Shown here one piece after another: positions 57,496 through 64,000 of a stretch of DNA of 64,000 bases. The position numbers and the translations under genes were made by a program. The notes beneath the pieces are model-generated. The model was given only the letters and a program-made list of their open reading frames with translations, was not told where the DNA came from and did not search any database. This stretch comes from Candidatus Hadarchaeota archaeon (GTDB taxonomy: Archaea; Hadarchaeota; Hadarchaeia; Hadarchaeales; JAWBSP01): assembly GCA_964474885.1 (NCBI GenBank), contig CAYYWO010000001.1:51480-115479 (forward strand), in the 5' to 3' direction. Position 1 is the stretch's first letter, and each line of letters begins with the position of its first letter.

Positions 57496-57570
57496 GGGCC
57501 CGTAGCTCAGCCAGGTTAGAGCGCTCGGCTGATAACCGGGAGGTCGAGGGTTCGAATCCCTCCGGGCCCA
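57496..57570 (+). tRNA. tRNA-Ile(GAT)
   Basis: GGGCCCGTAGCTCAGCCAGGTTAGAGCGCTCGGCTGATAACCGGGAGGTCGAGGGTTCGAATCCCTCCGGGCCCA folds as a cloverleaf. Confidence 0.95.
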
Positions 57571-57593
57571 TTAATCCGGGATCGGGAGTAGAG

Positions 57594-58385
57594 ATGATCA
57601 TCATCTTGGGATCCAAGAAGGACGCCGCTGCACAAAACATAATCTCGCATCTAAAGGAGTCCTTTGGGCTGGTGCCCGGAGAGCAGAACTTGCATAATTG
57701 CCCAGTGAAGCTGATGGAGGTTGAGAGTGATATAGAGCAGATCCAGCAGCTCCCACCTGCTGAGGAAGTCATAGTTTGCTCAAGGCATGAGAGTGCTTCC
57801 AAGATACCCTGCTTGACTGTTCATGTGCCCGGCAGACTGACGGAGGGAAAACTCGCGGTAGCCTCCCCCCTTATGGTTCGGAGCCTTCTGGTTTCTTTGA
57901 AGGAACAGGCCGAGAAAGAGGGACTTGATTATAGAGTCTCCCTTGAAGCCACCCACCACGGTCCATGCCTGGATTTGCCGCTGACCTTCATAGAGATAGG
58001 CAGCTCTGAAAATCGGTGGAAGGATGATGCCGCGGGGTATGTGGTGGCGGCGGCGGTTGTTGGGGCATTGCGAAGGATCAGGGAAGGTCTGAAGGCAGTG
58101 GGTGTGGGTGGCCCCCACTATGCTCCCCGGCACACGGAGGTCTGTCTCAAGACCAAAGTTGGTATAGGTCATATTCTACCTAGTTACATCGACTGGAGGG
58201 AGGAGACTCTCTTGGAGGCCATTGAAAAGACGAAAGATGGTGCAGACTTGATAGCAGCAGATTGGAAGGGCTTGAATGCAAGTCAAAGAGAAATAGTGAA
58301 AGAGGTCTCCGAGCGGACAGGGATTAGGCTGATAAGGGAAAAGTCTTTGCTCAGAGAGTTTTATAGCTGGGGGGAGAATCCGTGA
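57594..58385 (+). CDS. dtdA: D-aminoacyl-tRNA deacylase (archaeal DTD2)
   Basis: S.KD.A..NI, SRH.S, LTVH.PG, EATHHGP, FIEIGS, GGPHYAP; start placed after the tRNA. Confidence 0.92.
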   Translation: MIIILGSKKDAAAQNIISHLKESFGLVPGEQNLHNCPVKLMEVESDIEQIQQLPPAEEVIVCSRHESASKIPCLTVHVPGRLTEGKLAVASPLMVRSLLVSLKEQAEKEGLDYRVSLEATHHGPCLDLPLTFIEIGSSENRWKDDAAGYVVAAAVVGALRRIREGLKAVGVGGPHYAPRHTEVCLKTKVGIGHILPSYIDWREETLLEAIEKTKDGADLIAADWKGLNASQREIVKEVSERTGIRLIREKSLLREFYSWGENP

Positions 58386-59464
58386 TGTTATCCGAGGGAA
58401 GGCAGGGAGTTTTACCGTTTACTCAGGGAACCGGCAGGCGCAGATTTACGGATGAGCAGCTTCGCTCGATTGTTGAGAAAACTCGGGCCAAAATCAAGAT
58501 AATAGGAGTGGGGGGAGCAGGTTGTAACACGGTTACCCGCATGAGCGAAGTTGGAATTATAGGTGCACGGACCATTGCGGTCAACACCGATGCCCAGGAT
58601 TTGGTATTCTCGGAAGCTGACGAGAAGCTTCTAATCGGTGAAAGGACAACAGGTGGTCTGGGAGCTGGAAACGATCCTGAGAAAGGGAAAAAGGCCGCCG
58701 AGGAAAGCAAGGAGGATTTGAAAGCATGTTTGGACGAAACCGACATGGCGTTTATTACTTGTGGACTGGGAGGGGGCACAGGTACCGGCGCTTCCCCAGT
58801 TATTGCTGAGATATGCCGCAGGATGGGTATTCTCTCAGTAGCAGTTGTGACTCTTCCCTTCAGAGCCGAGGGTGTCAGGAGGAGGAAGAACGCTGAACTA
58901 GGTTTAGAGAATCTGAAGAAGGTGGCGGATGCTTTGGTGGTTATCCCGAACGACAAGCTGAGAATGAATCCCAGTGTATCCATAGCTGAAGCCTTCAAGC
59001 TCTGTGATAGTATCCTAGTCAAGGCTGTCAAGGGCATAGTCGAGCTGATAACATACGGTGGGGAGGTGAATGTAGACTTTGCTGATGTAAAGGCTGTACT
59101 CTCAAATGCGGGACTCTGCGCCCTTGCCGTGGCTGAATCGGACGCTGAGAATAGAGCCGAGGATGTGGTGAATCAAGTTCTCAACGATCCCTTACTGGAC
59201 GTCGAGGTGAGCAACGCCAAAGGTGCGTTGTTGAACCTCATAGCGTCAAACGTTGCGGTTGAAGAGTTGGACATGGTCCTTGGAAAGTTCCAAGACCTCC
59301 TCAGCCCAGATGCTAATTTGATCTGGGGTCTCCAGAGTAATCCGAATATGAGAAACACCCTTAGATTGGTAACGTTGATAGCAGGCGTCTACTCACCCTG
59401 GGCGGTACCGGGGAAGAGGATCCCGCCGCCCAGTGAACTGGACTTTGGCATTAAGTCCCTCTGA
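58382..59464 (+). CDS. ftsZ: Cell division protein FtsZ
   Basis: GVGGAGCN, NTDAQ, GLGGGTGTG, NVDFADV. Confidence 0.96.
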   Translation: MMLSEGRQGVLPFTQGTGRRRFTDEQLRSIVEKTRAKIKIIGVGGAGCNTVTRMSEVGIIGARTIAVNTDAQDLVFSEADEKLLIGERTTGGLGAGNDPEKGKKAAEESKEDLKACLDETDMAFITCGLGGGTGTGASPVIAEICRRMGILSVAVVTLPFRAEGVRRRKNAELGLENLKKVADALVVIPNDKLRMNPSVSIAEAFKLCDSILVKAVKGIVELITYGGEVNVDFADVKAVLSNAGLCALAVAESDAENRAEDVVNQVLNDPLLDVEVSNAKGALLNLIASNVAVEELDMVLGKFQDLLSPDANLIWGLQSNPNMRNTLRLVTLIAGVYSPWAVPGKRIPPPSELDFGIKSL

Positions 59465-59628
59465 TGGGTAGGATAACTTCAAGCATAAAGAGGGTTTTAC
59501 TAGTAGCGAGGAGACCTCGCTCAGACGAGTACAAGGAGGCGATCAAAGTAACGGGAGCCATCATCCTTTTCGTGGGGGTGATAGGATTCATTTATATGGC
59601 ATTTGGTTACTTGATAACAGGTGGTTAA
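59464..59628 (+). CDS. secE: Protein translocase SecE/Sec61-gamma (not in the ORF track)
   Basis: MGRITSSIKRVLLVARRPRSDEYKEAIKVTGAIILFVGVIGFIYMAFGYLITGG*; ftsZ-secE-spt5 synteny. Confidence 0.92.
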   Translation: MGRITSSIKRVLLVARRPRSDEYKEAIKVTGAIILFVGVIGFIYMAFGYLITGG

Positions 59629-60120
59629 ATGGGAGAAGAAAAAGAAATGCAACCTAAACCCATGCTCTTTGTGCTAGAGACTACCCTTGGTCAGGAGGTA
59701 CCTACAGCTAGTATGGTAATGGTTCGCGCCAGGAAGCTGGGTCTTCCAGTATCCGCCGTCTTGGTTCCTCCCGGGCTTCGAGGATGTGTCTTCATCGAGG
59801 TCATTGCGGAGACAGAGGCTGAGGGAAGGACGGTGGCTGAGAAGGCTAGAGCGGGGATCAAGCATGCCAAGAAAATCTTGCGTACACCCCTGCCCTTTTC
59901 GGAGGTCGAGAACTTCCTTGTCCCACGCTCCCCAGTCGCGGACTTGGAAATAGGTGACATAGTGGATATAACCGCGGGGCCCTTCAAGGGCGAACAAGGG
60001 AGAATAGTAAGAATAGATGCTGAGAAGGAAGAGGTAACTGTAGAATTGTTGGAGGCCACGGTTCCAATTCCTCTGAGGCTATCGGCTTCTTGGGTTAAAT
60101 TGTGTAGAAAAAGCGAGTAA
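59629..60120 (+). CDS. spt5: Transcription elongation factor Spt5/NusG
   Basis: TT.GQE, GCVFIE; KOW motif GD.V.I..GPFKGE. Confidence 0.93.
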   Translation: MGEEKEMQPKPMLFVLETTLGQEVPTASMVMVRARKLGLPVSAVLVPPGLRGCVFIEVIAETEAEGRTVAEKARAGIKHAKKILRTPLPFSEVENFLVPRSPVADLEIGDIVDITAGPFKGEQGRIVRIDAEKEEVTVELLEATVPIPLRLSASWVKLCRKSE

Positions 60121-60599
60121 TGGCTAAGCGGTCGATTAAGGTTCTGGTTGAGGGTGGAAAGGCTACACCTGCTCCCCCGCTAGGTCCAGCCTTGGGCATG
60201 CTCGGCTTGAATGTGGGACAAGTGGTCGGAGAGATAAACAAGAAGACTAGTGAGTTCGAGGGTATGAAAGTCCCCGTTATAGTGACTGTGGATACAAAAA
60301 CGAAGCAGTTCAAAATAGAAATAGGGCTACCCCCGGTTTCTGCCCTGATAAAAAGAGAGCTGGGGATCGAAAAAGGTGCCAAGACTGCAGGTCAAGAAAC
60401 AGTGGGTGATTTGCCGTTTTCCAAGCTGATTGAGATAGCCAAGAAAAAGTGGGAGTCTCGAGCTACCTTGGCTAAGGATTTCCGAGGAGTGGTGAAGGAG
60501 GTCTTAGGTACATGCGTCAGTATGGGCGTCACGGTGGAGGGGAAAGACCCGAGAGAGGTGCAAAAGGAGATTGATGAAGGTAAATTACAGGTGGGCTGA
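60120..60599 (+). CDS. rpl11: 50S ribosomal protein L11
   Basis: [23 protein letters not shown]. Confidence 0.97.
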   Translation: MAKRSIKVLVEGGKATPAPPLGPALGMLGLNVGQVVGEINKKTSEFEGMKVPVIVTVDTKTKQFKIEIGLPPVSALIKRELGIEKGAKTAGQETVGDLPFSKLIEIAKKKWESRATLAKDFRGVVKEVLGTCVSMGVTVEGKDPREVQKEIDEGKLQVG

Positions 60600-61240
60600 T
60601 GAGGGAGAGATTGTTAGAGGCCATCAGGAAGGCAAAAGAAAACGGAGGAAAGAGGAGGTTCGAACAGACGGTTGAGCTACAGATATCTTTCCGTGGAATA
60701 AATCCTAGGAGGCCCCAAGAGAGGATCACGGGTGAGGTAGTTTTACCGCATGGATGCGGGAAGCACAGGAGGATCTGTGTATTCGCTGAAAGGGAAGTAG
60801 CCAAAAAGGCTAAGGAGGCTGGGGCAGACTTGGTTTTGGGTAGGGAAGAGATCCAGAAGATAGGCTCCAACAGGAAGGAAGGGAAAAAACTGGCGGAGAT
60901 GTATGACTATTTCTTAGCAGAGCCGCAACTTATGGCGCATGTCGGAAGGCTTTTAGGCAGATTTCTAGGACCCAGAGGGAAAGTTCCACGACCTATAACC
61001 TCACCGGATCTGCATGCACTTTTTGACAAGATCAGAAGGACGGTTTATTTCCGGATGAAAGACCAGCCAATTCTGTCCATGAGGGTGGGATCGGAGAGCA
61101 TGAGCGATGAGGAGTTGGCGGATAATATTGAGGCGGTGCTTCGATTCTTGGAAACGAAGTTGCCTCGGGGGCTCTCGCAAATCAAGTCGATGCATATCAA
61201 ACTGACCATGGGGAAGCCCCAGGCGGTGAAGCTGAGATGA
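60599..61240 (+). CDS. rpl1: 50S ribosomal protein L1
   Basis: RRFEQTVEL, LPHG, LGPRGK.P, KLTMG. Confidence 0.96.
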   Translation: MRERLLEAIRKAKENGGKRRFEQTVELQISFRGINPRRPQERITGEVVLPHGCGKHRRICVFAEREVAKKAKEAGADLVLGREEIQKIGSNRKEGKKLAEMYDYFLAEPQLMAHVGRLLGRFLGPRGKVPRPITSPDLHALFDKIRRTVYFRMKDQPILSMRVGSESMSDEELADNIEAVLRFLETKLPRGLSQIKSMHIKLTMGKPQAVKLR

Positions 61241-62118
61241 AGAAGGCCGAGAAGGCGAAGGTGGTGCAGGAGCTGAGGCAGAAGATCCGTGAGTATCCCA
61301 CCGTAGCCGTTGTAGATTTCACCGGCGTACCCGCGGATCTCATGCAAGAGCTGAGAGCAAAGCTTCGGGGAAGGGGGGAGATCAAGGTTTCTAAGAAAAC
61401 CCTGATTCAACGGGCATTGAAAGAGGAGGATAAGCCCAACATAGCCAAGCTGTTGGAATACCTGAAAGGCCAACCCGCGCTAGTCTTTTCGAAGGAGAAT
61501 CCGTTCAAACTCTACCGTTTCTTCGATGAAAACAAGAGGAGGGCACCAGCCAAACCGGGGATGGTGAGTTCCTCAGATGTGGTTCTTCAGGCTGGAGAAC
61601 TGGATCTCCCCCCAGGACCTGTCGTTTCTACCCTGCAGAAGCTGGGGGCCAAGGCGAGGGTGCAGGCAGGGAGGGTAACACTCTTGGAAGATTTCACACT
61701 TGTGAAGGCGGGTGAGGTGATAGATGGCGAGAAGGCCGACCTGCTGGCCAAGCTGAACATCTTACCGATTGAGCAAATGCTCAAAGTACATGCGGCCTAC
61801 GAGAAAGGAATCATTTTCACCCCTGAGGTGCTGGGGATCCGACCCGAGCAGGTCATGGAGGATATAAAACAGGCCCAGCAGGTTGCTCTCAACCTCTCGC
61901 TCAACTCCGGATACCCAACTTCGGAGACCCTCCCTGTGATGCTCCAAGAAGCCAAGCTGAGGGGTCTACTTCTGGCTGTCAACATAGATTACCCGGCTAG
62001 GGAAGTGGTTGGGCAGATCCTAGCTAAGGGGTACGTGCAGATGTTGGCTCTTGCTAGAGTAGTCGGACAGAAGGACGCGAGCCTGCTGGATGAAAGAATA
62101 AAAGGTATCGTGAGTTAG
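61237..62118 (+). CDS. rpl10: 50S ribosomal protein L10 (P0)
   Basis: MQELR..LRG, PAKPG, PPGP; operon position. Confidence 0.95.
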   Translation: MKKAEKAKVVQELRQKIREYPTVAVVDFTGVPADLMQELRAKLRGRGEIKVSKKTLIQRALKEEDKPNIAKLLEYLKGQPALVFSKENPFKLYRFFDENKRRAPAKPGMVSSSDVVLQAGELDLPPGPVVSTLQKLGAKARVQAGRVTLLEDFTLVKAGEVIDGEKADLLAKLNILPIEQMLKVHAAYEKGIIFTPEVLGIRPEQVMEDIKQAQQVALNLSLNSGYPTSETLPVMLQEAKLRGLLLAVNIDYPAREVVGQILAKGYVQMLALARVVGQKDASLLDERIKGIVS

Positions 62119-62123
62119 ACCAG

Positions 62124-62438
62124 ATGGAGTACATATACGCTGCCCTGATGCTGCATACGTTGGGCAAGAAGATCGATGAGGGCGCAATATCAAACATATT
62201 GAAGGCGGCGGGAGCTCAGGTGGACGAGGCCAGGGTGAAAGCCCTCACTTCTGCTTTGGAAGGGATCAACATTGACGAGGCTATAAAGTCGGTTTCTCTG
62301 CCAACTATTGCCGCACCATCGCCCCAGCCCAGTCCAGCACCGGCCCCCGCCGAGGAGAAGAAAGAGGAGAAGAAGCCCGAGGAAGAAGAGAAGAAAGAAG
62401 AAGAGGCTCTAGCCGGGTTGGGGGCCCTATTCGGGTAA
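62124..62438 (+). CDS. rpl12: 50S ribosomal protein L12 (P1)
   Basis: MEYIYAAL...GLGALFG. Confidence 0.97.
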   Translation: MEYIYAALMLHTLGKKIDEGAISNILKAAGAQVDEARVKALTSALEGINIDEAIKSVSLPTIAAPSPQPSPAPAPAEEKKEEKKPEEEEKKEEEALAGLGALFG

Positions 62439-62586
62439 TCCTCTACACCATTATTCACTCGTTCGTGTGACTTGACACATTCTTGTTTAAATGGGAGAAC
62501 TGAGCTTCCCCCGCCTTAATGAGGGTTTTTGTTGGTTAAGGAGAGTCAACCTCTCTCCTTCAAGAACTTCCTGGCGGTTCTGAATT

Positions 62587-62925
62587 GGGGAGGCAGATAT
62601 GGTACCCTAGTCACGCATAGTGCACCACCGCGTTTGCGAGCCTGTCGCACTCCTCAGGCAGCCCATAAGCAATCCGGTTTCAGATCCTGCTATCCAAGCG
62701 TCACCCACTCCCGTCGTTCCTTGACTCGCATCCTAAACCCAGGATGCGTGCCTACTCAATTCTTTTTCCAAAGTTAGAGCAGGAACTTGCCTCCAACGGT
62801 GTGCACCGCACCTCCTGACCCTAGCTCGCGGTCTATGGCCGTGTTGAAGGGCACCCTCTCAAAGCGCTTCCTAAAAACCTGTGTAATCGCCCCCGATCCG
62901 GTATCATATCGACGAGAATCTCCCC
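62587..62925 (-). ncRNA. Putative ~340-nt structured non-coding RNA of unknown family
   Basis: Paired termini and many nested helices with G-U pairs favouring the minus strand; TATA-like TTTAAAA about 26 nt upstream; no credible ORF. Confidence 0.6.
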
Positions 62926-62944
62926 GCGATGAGAACTGGTCTCA

Positions 62945-62957
62945 TTTTAAATTCTGG
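62945..62957. promoter_or_regulatory. Probable bidirectional TATA box between the putative ncRNA and the nuclease gene
   Basis: TTTTAAA at 62945-62951, read on the minus strand as CCAGAA-TTTAAAA; about 26 nt from 62925 (minus) and 26-32 nt from GTG 62977 (plus). Confidence 0.45.
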
Positions 62958-62976
62958 ACTCAACCCCATACTACCT

Positions 62977-63348
62977 GTGAGGGCGTTTTCGATAATTCTG
63001 CTCGCAGGCATGCTGTTGCTCGGTCTCTACCTGAGCAACTTTGAGCGTGATAAACTTTTGAGCGCACGCGTTACTGATATAATTGACGGAGACACCATTC
63101 GAGTCATTATTCGAGGAGAGGAGAAGAGGGTCAGGCTGGCAGGCATAGATGCCCCAGAACTGGGGGAGGGTGGGGAGAAATCGAGGGATTTTTTGACAAT
63201 AATATGCCCTCCGGGAACTCCTGTGGAGTTGGAGCTGCTGGGTCGGGACAGGTACGGCAGGCTCCTCGCTGTAGTGTACCTAAAAGGGATTAACTTGAAC
63301 GAACTCCTCGTGAGAGAAAACTTGGCCGAGAGAATCTGTAGTTTTTAA
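62977..63348 (+). CDS. Thermonuclease (SNase) family protein with an N-terminal TM/signal peptide
   Basis: IIDGDT, VRLAGIDAPE, DRYGRLLA.VY, N..LV...LA; start probably GTG 62977. Confidence 0.9.
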   Translation: MRAFSIILLAGMLLLGLYLSNFERDKLLSARVTDIIDGDTIRVIIRGEEKRVRLAGIDAPELGEGGEKSRDFLTIICPPGTPVELELLGRDRYGRLLAVVYLKGINLNELLVRENLAERICSF

Positions 63349-63551
63349 ACCCTTCTGCTCGCGAGTCTTATGTCTTCCTCCCTGATGGTTCTTCTCTTCG
63401 CGTGATCCGCCAGCCTCACAGCTTCTGACGCGATCCGAAGTGCTTCCTCTTCTAAGATTTCCACCAGGACTTTCGCAGCCTTGTCGCTTACTCTCTTGGC
63501 ACCTGCCTTTCTGATGAGTCTTTCAGCCGTTCTTAGGGGAATAATTCCCAT
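63345..63551 (-). CDS. Archaeal histone (HMf family)
   Basis: IP....ERLIRKAGAKRVS..A, HAKRRTI..EDI.LA. Confidence 0.95.
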   Translation of the reverse strand: MGIIPLRTAERLIRKAGAKRVSDKAAKVLVEILEEEALRIASEAVRLADHAKRRTIREEDIRLASRRV

Positions 63552-63577
63552 TTTTTCTTTTTTTCTTGTTTTCTGCT

Positions 63578-63593
63578 CTTAAATAGCCTTTTT
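63578..63593 (-). promoter_or_regulatory. Putative BRE/TATA promoter of the histone gene
   Basis: Minus strand AAAAAGGC-TATTTAAG, about 27-34 nt upstream of the ATG. Confidence 0.45.
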
Positions 63594-63611
63594 TTAAAGA
63601 AAAGAGCAATC

Positions 63612-64000
63612 TCAGCGTATTTCAATATCTAATACCACATGATAGCATCTGGGGGCATAGGATCTCAGCTTCCTGGCACCTAGCACCTTGATTTTCCTTG
63701 GGATCTTCTCCTTCAAAGTACGGAGAGCTTTGGAGTAAGGGTCGGGATCTTCACCAAAGTCATAGTAATGTATTATGCCTCCCTCCTCCTTGAGAGCGGA
63801 AACGGCGGTATCCAAGAAATCTTTGGCGTGCTCCGGCAAAGGCATAAGCACCCTGTCCGCTTTTTCTATCTCCTTGACCTTCTCTCTTGCATCCCCGAGC
63901 AGAGGGATCACTCGGTCCCCAACCCTGTTCAGCCGGATGTTTTCGCACATGTACTCGAAGGCAGCTGGGTTTATGTCTATAGAGTAGATTTTGGAGGCCC
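63612..64000 (-). CDS. Trm5/Tyw2-family tRNA methyltransferase, 5' part outside the window
   Basis: IYSIDINPAA...N..LN, GDA, ADRVLMPLP, IHYY, RSYAP....V.D. Confidence 0.85.
   Translation of the reverse strand, partial: ASKIYSIDINPAAFEYMCENIRLNRVGDRVIPLLGDAREKVKEIEKADRVLMPLPEHAKDFLDTAVSALKEEGGIIHYYDFGEDPDPYSKALRTLKEKIPRKIKVLGARKLRSYAPRCYHVVLDIEIR

Noticed and set aside
57477-57593. N-terminal extension of the 302-aa ORF
   Set aside because: It is tRNA-Ile(GAT) read in frame; DtdA homology starts at ATG 57594.
62587-62925. Assignment as SRP RNA, RNase P RNA, tmRNA or hammerhead ribozyme
   Set aside because: Diagnostic motifs are missing or incomplete: no SRP helix-8 loop, no RNase P CR-V, no T-arm or G3-U70, and CUGAGGA is not followed by stem II plus GAAA.
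62529-63044. Short plus-strand ORFs of 82 and 85 aa
   Set aside because: No recognisable motifs and atypical composition; the region is better explained by RNA structure.
1-64000. CRISPR array, rRNA, intact transposase or integrase, inteins, tRNA introns
   Set aside because: None seen; RadA and RfcL have intein-free lengths and all three tRNAs are 75 nt.

Overview
This is gene-dense archaeal chromosomal DNA, mostly core genes. A Hadarchaeota-like euryarchaeal lineage is plausible, but that is inference only. It holds about 65 CDSs. Translation and transcription: thrS, alaS, hisS, gatCAB, rpl21e, the secE-spt5-rpl11-rpl1-rpl10-rpl12 cluster, rpo4, rpo6, srp54. DNA metabolism: radA, fen1, mre11-rad50, rfcL, dnaG, endonuclease IV, a histone. 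Also present are Mo/W-cofactor genes, archaeal lipid and inositol genes, a Trk K+ system, a pilus-type ATPase/TadC pair and three tRNAs. There is no CRISPR array or intact mobile element. Main observations: (1) an AglB/STT3 oligosaccharyltransferase has EWSYG in place of WWDYG, and the exported proteins in the window are strongly enriched for Asn preceded by Asp/Glu, mostly outside N-x-S/T sequons, suggesting a possible non-canonical N-glycosylation code; (2) an unassigned, highly structured ~340-nt candidate ncRNA with its own TATA box lies next to a thermonuclease gene; (3) a proteasome beta subunit lacks the catalytic Thr1; (4) radA has an N-terminal frameshift and rpo6 has no canonical start codon; (5) there is an IS200/IS605 tnpB right-end remnant, a tRNA-Arg with G32, and small unannotated ORFs. 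All counts and alignments were done by eye; no searches or folding programs were run.
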